Origin: Anaerolineaceae bacterium
GTDB taxonomy: Bacteria; Chloroflexota; Anaerolineae; Anaerolineales; Anaerolineaceae
Length of the DNA stretch: 64,000 bases
Assembly (NCBI GenBank): GCA_002702705.1
Contig: PABH01000019.1
Location: forward strand, 55,192 to 119,191
Reading direction: 5' to 3'
The notes under the pieces: generated by a model
Databases searched by the model: none
Seen by the model: only the letters and a program-made list of their open reading frames with translations
Told to the model about the DNA's origin: nothing
Part shown: positions 18,859 through 29,403 of the stretch, piece after piece
Numbering within the stretch: the first letter of the stretch is position 1
How the letters are laid out: each line of letters starts with the position of its first letter
Translations under genes and position numbers: made by a program

Positions 18859-19536
18859 ATGTTACATACATATCAGGAATTTCTGACTAAGATTAAAGAG
18901 GTGGGTGTTCTTTCTTTTTATGCACAGTTTTTAAATGGGTTTCCTAAGTTACAAGATGAAACCATGGATTCCCAATGGCATACGGGCAATCCCGAAACCG
19001 ATCCCTGGATTTGGAAAGATCAAGTTACTATCGATCACAAAGCGGCTTTTGGTAATATTTTGGGTGGAAATAAAGGTTTTATTTCGGAGAAAATGTACCC
19101 GCTTTTTTATGCTGCAAATCGCCCCGAATATTCTTTGGAAATACTTTATGAAGATGGAAAAATCAGTAAAACGGTTTTGGATGTTTATGAGTTGTTTACA
19201 GACTCGAAAGTTTTAAGCACTGCGACGATACGCCGATTGTTGGGTAAATCCGCTGCGGGAAAGGCACAAATTGATTCGGCAATTGTTCTTTTACAAAATA
19301 ATTTTTTTATCACGATTTGTGGAAACGAACGCAAGGTAAGTAAGGCTGGGAAGGAATACGGCTGGCCTGCAAATACTTATTGTAAAGTTGAAGATTGGGC
19401 AGGGGACTGGTTAGCAGATGTCCACAATCTCGATAAAAAAGAAGCACAGAAACAGATTTTGATTCATTGTGCCTCCATCGGAAAAGACCTGGATTTGAAA
19501 AAATTGGCTAAACTCTTGTTTGGTAAAAACCTTTAA
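18859..19536 (+). CDS. Hypothetical cytoplasmic protein, possibly an AlkZ-related winged-helix protein
   Basis: AAAGGAG RBS before the ATG at 18859. The 225-aa ORF has good coding character. The family call is from memory only and is weak. Confidence 0.4.
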   Translation: MLHTYQEFLTKIKEVGVLSFYAQFLNGFPKLQDETMDSQWHTGNPETDPWIWKDQVTIDHKAAFGNILGGNKGFISEKMYPLFYAANRPEYSLEILYEDGKISKTVLDVYELFTDSKVLSTATIRRLLGKSAAGKAQIDSAIVLLQNNFFITICGNERKVSKAGKEYGWPANTYCKVEDWAGDWLADVHNLDKKEAQKQILIHCASIGKDLDLKKLAKLLFGKNL

Positions 19537-19747
19537 AACAGCTAATAACCAGCTTTGTTATTCTGTAACGATGAATTTTCCAAACATCGTTGAACGAGTC
19601 TTTATTACTAACAACGTTGCCAACAATGGATAATCCCAGCCAGTTCAACAAGAAGATCACTCTTATGTTCTCTATAGGATGGTGTTACTTCCAGAATTAA
19701 TTATCATTCGGAGATAATGGATAAAAAATGTGTGAGACTCCAATCGC

Positions 19748-21268
19748 TTAAATTGATAATTTTTTTGCGACTCGATAGGCGGCTGGTATGACATTCATTA
19801 ATCCTCCACCGGATTCACTTTGATGTCCAATAAACCACAATCCTTCAATGGGGGTTTGATGCGGGAATCCGTCTTTTCCCATAATGGGGGCTAATCCGCC
19901 AAAGGCGTGATGTTTCGTATGGGTTAATTCCCGAAATTCTTCTGCAGTGAAAATCACCCGATGAACAATATGATCATTTAATCCTGGAAAATATTCCTCA
20001 GCCAGTTGAATTAGTTGATCGGCAAACAATTCTTTTTGATCCTTCCATGTACCATTCGATAGCGTGTCGGGGCAAATGGTGTATATTGTCATAGCATGGT
20101 GTGCATCTGGTGCCATCTCAGGTGAGTGATGTGTAGGTACATGGACTACAAATCCATCTTTTCCTTCATGGTAATGGCCCTGTTTTCCTTGCAGAATAGC
20201 ACCTTCAATATCATAGGTACGGTAATAATAAGTGCAGGTGCCACCGATAAATGGTTTGGGATCTATATCCAAACCTAAATGTACCATGAAGACCGAATCC
20301 ATCAGCGGTAACTCATTAACCTTTTGAATAGTTTCCTCCAACAGCTGTTCTTTTCCGATCAAATCAAAAAAGAGTTCGTCAGCTCCTCCTGAAGCCAATA
20401 CAAGATCAGCTTCAAGTATCTCACTATGGTTAAGCTCCACTCCGGTCACCTTCCCATCTGCTACAATAACGCGGGTGACGTCCTGTCCCAACCTGATTTG
20501 ACCGTTATGAGCAGCGATCACGCCTTCAAGCGCATCAACCAGAGTTCGGGTGCCGCCCAGAAAACTATAAAAATTTAATTGGACGATATTGTTTTTTAGC
20601 TGTTGGGGTATTCGTTTATCAAATGAGGTTTCAGGATTCAGAGCAAAAACGCCTAACCCTTGAAATTGGCTGGGTGGGGTGAAAAAATCAGCTAGAATGG
20701 AAATAAAGACCGCACGCAATTTTTCCGACGAAAAATAACTTCGCATCAGTTGTTCAGCAGTCCAATCACGACGGGTAAAAAAGGGTAAAATAGCCCAAAT
20801 CAATCGAACTTTATCGATAAGACTATTTGAATTTTCTTGTTTCTTTAACTGGCGAGCTACAGTCATCAAATGAACAAAGCGCATATAATCATTCCAATAA
20901 CGGTCAAGTCCGGCAGTATCTTCGGGAAATTCTTGTTTTAATCGATCAATGCGCCATTTGACTCCCTGATAATTTTCGGGTTTTTGCAAATCAAAATCAG
21001 GAAAAACATAACGGCGCTCATCCAGTATGGTTTTAACCTGATCAAAAATGCCAAGATCCTGCATTATTTCACCAATCGGTTCATCGGGACCTAATCCCTC
21101 AATTAACAATTGGCCTAGATCCCAGGTAAAGCCCTTTGCCTGCCAACCGCGTAATACACCACCGCTGACTGGGTTATGGTCAACGATAGTTACTTCATGC
21201 CCGGCCTTCGCCAGGGTGGCTGCCGCTGTTAACCCCGCAGCACCTGCGCCAATTACGATTGTTTTCAT
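19748..21268 (-). CDS. FAD-dependent oxidoreductase, phytoene desaturase/amine oxidase family
   Basis: GGAGAG RBS, then MKTIVIGAGAAGLTAAATLAKAGHEVTIVD (GxGxxG dinucleotide fold). The length and C-terminal GLWFIGHQSESGGGL are typical of the CrtI-like family. Confidence 0.75.
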   Translation of the reverse strand: MKTIVIGAGAAGLTAAATLAKAGHEVTIVDHNPVSGGVLRGWQAKGFTWDLGQLLIEGLGPDEPIGEIMQDLGIFDQVKTILDERRYVFPDFDLQKPENYQGVKWRIDRLKQEFPEDTAGLDRYWNDYMRFVHLMTVARQLKKQENSNSLIDKVRLIWAILPFFTRRDWTAEQLMRSYFSSEKLRAVFISILADFFTPPSQFQGLGVFALNPETSFDKRIPQQLKNNIVQLNFYSFLGGTRTLVDALEGVIAAHNGQIRLGQDVTRVIVADGKVTGVELNHSEILEADLVLASGGADELFFDLIGKEQLLEETIQKVNELPLMDSVFMVHLGLDIDPKPFIGGTCTYYYRTYDIEGAILQGKQGHYHEGKDGFVVHVPTHHSPEMAPDAHHAMTIYTICPDTLSNGTWKDQKELFADQLIQLAEEYFPGLNDHIVHRVIFTAEEFRELTHTKHHAFGGLAPIMGKDGFPHQTPIEGLWFIGHQSESGGGLMNVIPAAYRVAKKLSI

Positions 21269-21355
21269 TTGTCTCTCCACTAGGATTGTTTCTTCTGATT
21301 AATTATAGTATTGTTTCAAAAATATTTCTGTGGAGGGCGGTGCTGAATAAATGGT

Positions 21356-22783
21356 TTAGTTATCGGGTTCTTCATGGACGGTGGTGAGAGGCAAGCATAC
21401 GGTGAATCGGGAACCCACTCCCGGGGTGCTGTTCAGAGTCAAGCGACCATTATGTGCTAATACCAAATCGCGCGCAATGGTTAATCCTAACCCCATGCCT
21501 TCCGGCAAACGTTGCGCTGCTTCTCCACGTTGAAACGGCTCAAAAATTAGATTCTGTTCCTGCGTGCTGATCCCGCTACCGGTATCCTCAACGGTCAGGC
21601 GAAATTCATCGGGTGTTTCTAAAGCGGAGATTGTAATTTTTCCGCCGGGAGGGGTATAACGAATGGCATTACTGATGAGATTCTGAACAGCTTGCGCCAG
21701 ACGATCCGGGTCAATATATAAATCGATTGGCATATTTTTATCTAAATTAACCTGCCAGGATAGTTTTTTATCAGTTGCCAAACGTTCCCAAGTGGGTAAA
21801 AACCGGCTCAGCCATTCTGCTGTATTAACCTTTTGGCAAACCAATTCCAGTGGACCTAAAACCTGATCATGGAGATGGGCTAATTCGTTTAATAATCCCT
21901 GCAAGCGAACTAATTCATCATCCATACCTTGCATTAATTCCTGCCGAAGTTGTGGATCATCACCTGCGCCGCCTAACAGTGCCTGTGATGCGGAACGTAA
22001 TGCTCCAAGAGGTCGTCCCAATTCATGAACCAAATTGGCTAACAAGCGTTTACGACTTGTTTCCAAGGTTTGTAATCTTTCCGTAAGCGTATTAAATGCA
22101 CGTAATAAGAGACGAGTTTCTTGTGGGCCTACCTCGTCCAATGGTTGCGGGGTTTCTCCGCTGGCGAGGTGGTAAGCCGCTTGAGTGGTTTCCCTTAATG
22201 GCTTTTCCACTACTCTTGCTAATTGCCAGCTTAATATTAAGGCAACGATGAAACCACCCGCTAATACAAACCATAAAACCTCACGCAGGGTTTGAGATCG
22301 TTCGTAAATGGTAGCAAGAGGGTTAAGCAGACGCACAAAACCAATCAAACTGCCTTGATTATTAAAGACCGGGACGATAATATCTTGAATTTTGCGATTG
22401 TTAATTGTGATTTCAGCTGGGATTTCTTTTTCCAATAATAATTGAGCATCGGGTACATCAAAAACTTGCCCAATAAGATAAGAATCTTCCGGGTCGGAAG
22501 AGACGATCAAGTGGCCTGTTGGGTCAAAAAGCATTAATTTGGCGGTTAAACTTGGGCTGACCCTGCTCACGAAACCTTGTGCTCGTACGGGGTCTCGCCA
22601 AATTTCTTCATATGTGCTGGAGGCATCCGCTACTAAAAAAGCCTGCCGGGTAAGTTCTTTGGTTAAATTACCCAACAAAACTTGGGTTTCAAGCAGATAG
22701 GTGATGAGTACACCCATGACCGGAAGGATAATTAGAATGGGGATGAGTGAATTTAATAAAAGACGGGCGCGTAAGGTTTTCAA
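21356..22783 (-). CDS. Sensor histidine kinase (TM, sensor, HAMP, HisKA, HATPase_c)
   Basis: H-box LVHELGRPL, N-box LISNAIRYTP, G-boxes EDTGSGI and GMGLGL. The start overlaps the stop of the upstream response regulator. Confidence 0.9.
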   Translation of the reverse strand: MKTLRARLLLNSLIPILIILPVMGVLITYLLETQVLLGNLTKELTRQAFLVADASSTYEEIWRDPVRAQGFVSRVSPSLTAKLMLFDPTGHLIVSSDPEDSYLIGQVFDVPDAQLLLEKEIPAEITINNRKIQDIIVPVFNNQGSLIGFVRLLNPLATIYERSQTLREVLWFVLAGGFIVALILSWQLARVVEKPLRETTQAAYHLASGETPQPLDEVGPQETRLLLRAFNTLTERLQTLETSRKRLLANLVHELGRPLGALRSASQALLGGAGDDPQLRQELMQGMDDELVRLQGLLNELAHLHDQVLGPLELVCQKVNTAEWLSRFLPTWERLATDKKLSWQVNLDKNMPIDLYIDPDRLAQAVQNLISNAIRYTPPGGKITISALETPDEFRLTVEDTGSGISTQEQNLIFEPFQRGEAAQRLPEGMGLGLTIARDLVLAHNGRLTLNSTPGVGSRFTVCLPLTTVHEEPDN

Positions 22784-23478
22784 ACCGATTCCTCCGGTTG
22801 AAATTTGTATCCTACCCCACGGATTGTTAAAATTTGTTGGGGGTGTTGTGGATCATGTTCGATTTTTTCTCGCAGCCAGCGGATATGGACATATACAACC
22901 TGTGGTTGTCCGAAATATTCAGCTCCCCATACCTGGTTAAGGATTTCATCCGTCGTTAATACCTTGTTCGGATTGGAAGCCAATGTATACAACAAATCAA
23001 ATTCACGTGGAGCAAGATCAAGGGGTTCACCACGTAAAACTGCTGTATGAGCGTGTGGATTAATAGTCAAACTACCGGATTGGATAATTTCAGCCTGTTG
23101 GTTTTCTTCAGCAGTCTGGCTGCGGCGTAAAACGGCTTTGATATGAGCCAGGAGAACATTGATATCAAACGGCTTTGTAACGTAATCATCAGCACCCAGT
23201 TCCAATCCAAGTACTTCGTCTAACTCACGCCGCCGAGCAGTTAATAAAATAACCGGAAAACGTTGTTCATTGCGTAGTTTTTTGAGCGCATCAAGGCCAT
23301 CCATTCCTGGCAAGTTAATATCAAGCAAGATTAAATCAGGACGTTGGCTGATCGCAATGGTAATTCCATCCTCGGCACTTGCAGCAGTGTGTGTTTGATA
23401 ACCAGCCTGTTCTAAATTGAAGGCCAGACTACGCCGAAGGAGAGCATCATCATCAATTAATAAGATCCGTTTTGCCAT
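22780..23478 (-). CDS. OmpR/PhoB-family response regulator
   Basis: Receiver domain KRILLIDDD...DLILLDINLPGMDG...KPF. Winged-helix output domain LTIRGVGYKF. Confidence 0.9.
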   Translation of the reverse strand: MAKRILLIDDDALLRRSLAFNLEQAGYQTHTAASAEDGITIAISQRPDLILLDINLPGMDGLDALKKLRNEQRFPVILLTARRRELDEVLGLELGADDYVTKPFDINVLLAHIKAVLRRSQTAEENQQAEIIQSGSLTINPHAHTAVLRGEPLDLAPREFDLLYTLASNPNKVLTTDEILNQVWGAEYFGQPQVVYVHIRWLREKIEHDPQHPQQILTIRGVGYKFQPEESV

Positions 23479-23584
23479 AGGATTATTATAGTACAATCGA
23501 AATTCGTGTACTACGATTGGTTTATTGTTTTCACTGTTTTTTGCGCGTAGCCAAATTGCTTTTTTGGGTTACAATACCAAAAAA

Positions 23585-25165
23585 TTACTTGGTTTCGTTA
23601 ACACTAGCGGTTTGGGCTTGTAAAAGAGATGGCCAGCCCCATAGGCGTTTCCATTGGGGTGGTTCCCAGGTTTCAGGTGGAGCAAATAGTATATTATTCT
23701 GATCAAACTCGGGTAGAAAATTTTTCAGGCGTGATTTAAAGAACTCGTTATCTTTTTTCTCTGGCATTAACCATGCTGTTTCGGCAATGGCGAATAACCT
23801 CGGAAAAAGCTGCCAATCCAATCGTGCCTTGTTGGGGACAAATTCCGTCCACAACGGAGTTTCGATTCCTAAAATATTTTCGTGAAATTCCGGCTCGAGA
23901 TCAGGACTGACCGGCTCGTATTTATAAACAAAATCGAGTGGGGAATGCAGATAACCGTGATCGAGATAATAAGCACGATAATTGGAGAGAATTGTTTTAC
24001 GGCCAGCTCGGATCTGTTGCAAAAGTGTTTTTTCTTTGCCGACCCAATATTGGACGATGGTATCAGGGTTAAGCTGGGGTGACAAAATTTCATTCCAACC
24101 AATGGTATGACGGTTGTGGCTTGCTAAAAACTGAGTGAAGTGGTTGGTTAGATAGGTTTGTAAATCATTTACTCGATTTAAACCAAGTTGGTTTGACAAT
24201 GATTGACAATCCGGGCAGTTTTTCCAGCGATTTTTTGGCGCTTCATCGCCTCCGATATGAATATATTTCCCGGGAAAGAGATCGATTGTTTCCTTTAATA
24301 TGTCTTCAAGGAAAGGAATCGTTCCTTTTTTGCCGGGACAATATATTTCCTTATGAATTCCCCAGAAAGGGGTGACCTGGTACGGTCCACCTGTACAGCC
24401 AAAGGATGGATAAGCCGCTAAGGCAGCCAAACTATGCCCTGGTATTTCAATTTCCGGCACAATATTGATATGCCGTTCTGACGCATAACTTACAATCTCC
24501 CGAATATCCGCCTGACTGTAATAACCGCCATGAGGGAGGTTATTTGTCTTTTTTTGAAGTAAACCACTGGTTTGCGAATTTTCACGATAAGCACCATTTT
24601 CTGTAAGGAGAGGATATTTTAGACTCTCAAGACGCCAACCTTGATCATCGGTAAGGTGCCAATGAAAGGTATTTAGTTTTAAATAAGCCATCCAATTCAG
24701 AATTTGTTTGACGGTCTTTTTGCCAAAAAAATGTCTTGCTTCGTCCAGCATAAATCCTCGCCAGCTAAAACGAGGTTGGTCGATGATCTCCATACAAGGC
24801 AAGGAAATGATCGTTGTATTTTCTTTAGGTGATTGGCTTTTAATCAGTTGTAAAAGTGTTTGTAGGGCATAAAACATGCCAGCAGTTGAGGCGGCGGTTA
24901 ACATAATTTCGGATGGTGTAATCTTTAATTGATATGCTTCCGAACGAGCAGATTGGGGTTTTTCTGCTACCAGACAGATTTTGCAAGGGCGTTCTTCATC
25001 ATGTTCGATAGATAATAAACCTGGTAGATGATTGGTAAAGAAGTTGGCTTCTTCAAAATATGGGGCATCGAAGTTCAGGTTGGGTTTGTTCCAGACAAAT
25101 TCACCACTTATTGGTTTTAAAAATTGTGGGTATGGAATCAAGCGAATGGGTTCAGACATGGACAA
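23585..25165 (-). CDS. Beta-N-acetylhexosaminidase (GH20)
   Basis: Signatures RGFMLDEARHF, HWHLTDDQGWR and IHIGGDEAP (catalytic D-E pair). Confidence 0.9.
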   Translation of the reverse strand: MSMSEPIRLIPYPQFLKPISGEFVWNKPNLNFDAPYFEEANFFTNHLPGLLSIEHDEERPCKICLVAEKPQSARSEAYQLKITPSEIMLTAASTAGMFYALQTLLQLIKSQSPKENTTIISLPCMEIIDQPRFSWRGFMLDEARHFFGKKTVKQILNWMAYLKLNTFHWHLTDDQGWRLESLKYPLLTENGAYRENSQTSGLLQKKTNNLPHGGYYSQADIREIVSYASERHINIVPEIEIPGHSLAALAAYPSFGCTGGPYQVTPFWGIHKEIYCPGKKGTIPFLEDILKETIDLFPGKYIHIGGDEAPKNRWKNCPDCQSLSNQLGLNRVNDLQTYLTNHFTQFLASHNRHTIGWNEILSPQLNPDTIVQYWVGKEKTLLQQIRAGRKTILSNYRAYYLDHGYLHSPLDFVYKYEPVSPDLEPEFHENILGIETPLWTEFVPNKARLDWQLFPRLFAIAETAWLMPEKKDNEFFKSRLKNFLPEFDQNNILFAPPETWEPPQWKRLWGWPSLLQAQTASVNETK

Positions 25166-25293
25166 ATCCTTAAATCATGGATACCTTAATCATGAGCTGA
25201 AAGTTGTTTTTTTGCAAGTATTTTACGGTAAAATTATCCCTTAAATGAATTTGCACTTTTTAATAATTGTTAAATTTGCGGAGCTAATGGTAA

Positions 25294-27597
25294 ATGAAAA
25301 AAGCTTTGATTTTGGTTCGGGATTGGTTTAAAAAACAATGGATTCATTACCGACCAGGAAAAACCACTTGGAAGGGTATTTCCTGGGGATTGATTGGTGG
25401 TGGTTGTTTGTTTTGGGTGATTACCCAGATTGTTATGGTTGTTCCCGGCATGTTAACTTGGGTGGTGTTATTAAATACGTTGGTGCCGCCGTTGCTTATT
25501 TTAATGGGAGCTGCGTTAATTCATTGGCTTTTGGAATGGTTAAATTCTTGGCCAAAGATGTTCCGTTGGGCTTTCATCGCGGCGTTGGTTTTGTTTTCTG
25601 CGCCGTTTGCATTAATGGTTCGATTTGATAAAGCCACGGTGATAGGAACGGTTTATTTGGTTATCACAACTGCGTTATTGTGTGGTATTGTGACCGTTCT
25701 TTTAAAAACAAACTGGAACAATTTGCGCATAGTCAAAAAAATAGGAATGACAACTGGACTGATTGTAGGGATAGCTTCGATTGTTTTTGGGATGGTGTGG
25801 CTGTTAACACCAGGGGGTAAGAATCCTGAAAATATTAATGCTGCTTTGGTTAACATAGAAGATGTGCAACCAATGGATTTACCGAATCCATCCCTACCTG
25901 GTCCGTATACTGTAAAGACATTAACTTATGGTTCCGGTACAGATTTACGTCGCCCAGAGTATGGGAAAGAAGTGGACTTGATATCTCGTTCCGTGGATGC
26001 TTCCCCCTTCGTGCAAGGGTGGAAGGGATTTGTTGGTTGGGTTCTGCGAAGTTATTGGGGATTTGATTTGCAGAATCTACCCTTAAATGGAAGGATTTGG
26101 TATCCGGTGGGTGATGAAGAATATCCTTTGGTATTGGTTGTTCATGGTAATCACCGCCAGGAAGACTTTTCTGATCCCGGTTATGCTTATCTTGGGGAGC
26201 ACCTTGCCAGTCGTGGAATGATTGTTGTTTCTGTAGATGAAAATTTCTTAAATGGTACCTGGACGAGTTTATTTAATGGAGAGGAAACGAAAAATGAAAA
26301 TGATGCTCGTGCCTGGATGTTGTTGGAACATTTAAGATTATGGAAATCCTGGAATCAGAATGAAGAATCTCCATTTTACCAAAAAGTGGATTGGAACAAT
26401 CTCGCTTTGATCGGTCATTCTCGTGGTGGAGAAGCAGTAGCCGAAGCAGCATTATTTAACACCTTACCAACCTATCCTGATAATGCAAAAATTGAATTTA
26501 ATTACCATTATCCAATTCAGGCAGTTATTGCTATTGCCCCTATTGATTCACAATACAACCCCGGTGGAGTAAAAACACCTCTATCCGATATTAATTATTT
26601 GGTTTTACATGGTTCAATGGATGGTGATGTATCCTCATTTGATGGTATAGGACAATATAATCGGATCAAATTTACACCTGATTCCGACCATTATAAGGCT
26701 GCGGTCTATATTCATGGTGCAAACCATGGCCAATTTAACAGTGGATGGGGTAATTCGGACTCCGGTCCTGGTTTAGGAGCTGGTTTTTGGAACACAATGG
26801 CTATGTTACCGGCTGTGGAACAGGAAACCACAGCAAAAGTGTTTGTTTCTGCTTTTTTAGAAACAGCTTTTGATAAAAATTTGGATTATTTAGAAATCTT
26901 CCGGGATTGGCGAGTGGCGGCCAATTGGTTACCGGAAACGATCTATTTAACTCAATATAATGATTCCAGATATATAGTGCTTGCTGACTTTGAAGAAGAT
27001 TTAAATTCCGGCACTACAACTTTGGAAAATGGAGAAATTTTTTCATTAAACTTTGACCATTGGAAAGAATCCATTCTGAAGGGAAAATGGAATCAAGACC
27101 TATCAACATCCGTGGTATCTTTAGGGTGGGATAACCGAACGAAAGGTAGTTTTCCTGCCGTATATGGTATAAATTTACCCGAAAATTCAATACAATTAAA
27201 CTCGCAGGATTATTTTGTCTTTTCTATGGGGGATACAGGTGAAGATCCAAACACTAAAAATAAGGAATTATTCCCTGAAGTAAACCAAACACCTGGTATA
27301 AACTTCTGCGTGGAATTATCTAGCGGAAATCAAAAGGCTGTTATCCAAATGGATGAGTTGATGCTTTTACAACCACAGATTAAAGTTCAGCTATCAAAAG
27401 CTGGTTTCATGGATAAGGCAGAAGTTGGTGAAACCATTTTACAGCGTTTTTATATTCCATTGAATTTATTACAATCAAAGAACCCACAATTTAAGTTGGA
27501 AGGAATAAATAAAATTGTTTTCCGGTTTGATTTAAGCCCTTACGGTTGGGTTGTGTTAGATGATATTGGATTCTGGCAGGAGATTAGGAATGAATAA
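25294..27597 (+). CDS. Polytopic membrane protein fused to an alpha/beta-hydrolase domain and a C-terminal beta-rich domain
   Basis: About 5-6 N-terminal TM helices, then LVLVVHGNH...LIGHSRGGEAV (GxSxG nucleophile elbow) ... LVLHGSMDGDV ... HGANHGQFN. Confidence 0.6.
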   Translation: MKKALILVRDWFKKQWIHYRPGKTTWKGISWGLIGGGCLFWVITQIVMVVPGMLTWVVLLNTLVPPLLILMGAALIHWLLEWLNSWPKMFRWAFIAALVLFSAPFALMVRFDKATVIGTVYLVITTALLCGIVTVLLKTNWNNLRIVKKIGMTTGLIVGIASIVFGMVWLLTPGGKNPENINAALVNIEDVQPMDLPNPSLPGPYTVKTLTYGSGTDLRRPEYGKEVDLISRSVDASPFVQGWKGFVGWVLRSYWGFDLQNLPLNGRIWYPVGDEEYPLVLVVHGNHRQEDFSDPGYAYLGEHLASRGMIVVSVDENFLNGTWTSLFNGEETKNENDARAWMLLEHLRLWKSWNQNEESPFYQKVDWNNLALIGHSRGGEAVAEAALFNTLPTYPDNAKIEFNYHYPIQAVIAIAPIDSQYNPGGVKTPLSDINYLVLHGSMDGDVSSFDGIGQYNRIKFTPDSDHYKAAVYIHGANHGQFNSGWGNSDSGPGLGAGFWNTMAMLPAVEQETTAKVFVSAFLETAFDKNLDYLEIFRDWRVAANWLPETIYLTQYNDSRYIVLADFEEDLNSGTTTLENGEIFSLNFDHWKESILKGKWNQDLSTSVVSLGWDNRTKGSFPAVYGINLPENSIQLNSQDYFVFSMGDTGEDPNTKNKELFPEVNQTPGINFCVELSSGNQKAVIQMDELMLLQPQIKVQLSKAGFMDKAEVGETILQRFYIPLNLLQSKNPQFKLEGINKIVFRFDLSPYGWVVLDDIGFWQEIRNE

Positions 27598-28204
27598 TAA
27601 AAAGTTAATTTATTGGTTGGGTGGGGCACCTTGCGCTGGGAAAAGTACAATTGCAGAACATATCTCAGATAAATATCATCTAACCTATTACCGAGTGGAT
27701 GATCATTTTGAAAGGCATATTAAACAGACCAATCCGATAAATCATCCGGCATGTGATGCATTTAAGAAAATGGGACCAGAAGAAATTTGGATGGCACCGG
27801 TTTCACTTCAATTAACCAGAGAATGGAAGATATACCAGGAATTATTTGATTTTATTTTGGCCGATTTAATGGAATTACCCAAGCCAGTCATTGTTGAAGG
27901 AGCAGGATGCCTGCCAGGGCTGGTAAATCCGTTTTTGGCATTAAACCAGGCCGGGGTCTGGATCGTACCATCCAATGATTTTCATGATTTGTATTATGAA
28001 AAACGAGACTGGTCTCCGCAGTTTGTAAAAGATACTTCTAATCCTCAACAGGCTTATTTGAATTGGATGAAAAGGGATCATGCTTTTGCGGAAAAAATAC
28101 GTCAGCAAACGAAAGAATTAAATTTATCCTGCCTGGTGGTGGATGGAAGCCAATCACTCCAAGAAAATATGATTTGGGTTGAAAAAGAACTTGGCTTGAG
28201 ATAA
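27590..28204 (+). CDS. P-loop NTPase/kinase-like protein
   Basis: The ATG at 27590 overlaps the previous stop. Walker A motif GGAPCAGKST. Confidence 0.55.
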   Translation: MNNKKLIYWLGGAPCAGKSTIAEHISDKYHLTYYRVDDHFERHIKQTNPINHPACDAFKKMGPEEIWMAPVSLQLTREWKIYQELFDFILADLMELPKPVIVEGAGCLPGLVNPFLALNQAGVWIVPSNDFHDLYYEKRDWSPQFVKDTSNPQQAYLNWMKRDHAFAEKIRQQTKELNLSCLVVDGSQSLQENMIWVEKELGLR

Positions 28205-28249
28205 CAATACTCTTCTTCTCCCTGCGCAAAATTACAACTTGGGCTTATA

Positions 28250-28738
28250 ATGCGAATCATGATCAGAAAGAATCCTTGTATTCTGTGTGGTGCATGCTGC
28301 GCATACTTCCGGGTTTCTTTTTATTGGGGAGAAGCAGAGTTAGAGATGGGGGGCAGTGTTCCGAAAGAGTTAACGGAAGATGTTACCCCGTTTTACCGCT
28401 GCATGGCAGGTACAAACAAAAAAGATCCAAGATGTATCGCTTTGGAAGGTGTGATTGGGAAAAATACCTTTTGCACGATTTACGCAGATCGATCCTCGTC
28501 ATGTAGGGAGTTTGGTGTTCAATGGGATAATGGTGTGTTGCATCTTTCTAATGACGATATTAAGCGTTGTAATAAGGCACGTAAAGCTTGGGGTTTACCG
28601 CCATTAAATATAAGAGTAACAAATTTTGATTATTCCCGTCCTGTGATGCATCATGAACCACATATGAAAACGAAATTGCGTTTGGCTCGTAAAAAAAGGC
28701 ATGGACGAACCAATATTGGGGATAATTCAGCGGCTTAA
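28250..28738 (+). CDS. YkgJ-family cysteine-cluster (CxxCxxCC) protein
   Basis: Diagnostic N-terminal CILCGACC, plus downstream Cys motifs ([18 protein letters not shown]). Confidence 0.7.
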   Translation: MRIMIRKNPCILCGACCAYFRVSFYWGEAELEMGGSVPKELTEDVTPFYRCMAGTNKKDPRCIALEGVIGKNTFCTIYADRSSSCREFGVQWDNGVLHLSNDDIKRCNKARKAWGLPPLNIRVTNFDYSRPVMHHEPHMKTKLRLARKKRHGRTNIGDNSAA

Positions 28739-28825
28739 TTCCATTAATCAGTACAAGCATTTTCCTCACAAAAAATTTTATGCGAAAATGGTAATCGCAG
28801 AGATAAAAGATTGATTGGAGGAAAA

Positions 28826-29374
28826 ATGACAGTAAATTGGTCACAAGATGTTTATGACCGCGCTCTTCGATACGCTGCCAATGCCCATCACGGTCAAAAA
28901 TTTCGTAGGACAGAGTTGCCTTACTTGATCCATCCGACCCTGGCGTGTATGGAAGTGATTGCTGCGTTAGCAGAAGAAGACCATCATGATGGTAATCTCG
29001 CTGTGCAGTGTGCACTGTTACATGACGTGCTTGAAGATACCCATATTTTTTATGAAGATCTTCAAAAACAATTTGGAACCGATGTTGCTGATGGCGTTTT
29101 GGCATTGTCAAAAGATAAATCCCTACCGGAATCAGAACAAATGGCAGATAGTTTATTGCGGATTCAAAAACAGCCCAGTGCAGTGTGGATTGTCAAGCTA
29201 GGAGATCGTATAAGTAATCTTTCTGAGCCACCAGAATGGTGGACCACAGAGAAAAAAGTTAACTATCAGGAATCCGCCCGACAGATTTATGACGCTTTGC
29301 ATACAGCCAGTCCGTTTATGGCCCGGAGGATGAAAGATAAGATAACTGCTTATGGAAAATATATTGGGAAATAA
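28826..29374 (+). CDS. Stand-alone HD-domain protein, SpoT/Mesh1-like (p)ppGpp hydrolase family
   Basis: GGAGG RBS. Motifs AHHGQKFRRTELPYLIHP and ALLHDVLEDT are typical of the RelA/SpoT hydrolase domain. There is no synthetase domain. Confidence 0.7.
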   Translation: MTVNWSQDVYDRALRYAANAHHGQKFRRTELPYLIHPTLACMEVIAALAEEDHHDGNLAVQCALLHDVLEDTHIFYEDLQKQFGTDVADGVLALSKDKSLPESEQMADSLLRIQKQPSAVWIVKLGDRISNLSEPPEWWTTEKKVNYQESARQIYDALHTASPFMARRMKDKITAYGKYIGK

Positions 29375-29403
29375 AAGAGAAAAACTTTGGGAATAAAAAA
29401 AGA

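Noticed and set aside
28560-29111. 183-aa minus-strand ORF spanning the YkgJ gene end and the HD gene start
   Set aside because: It overlaps two plus-strand genes that carry clear family motifs and RBSs. Its own translation has no recognisable motif.
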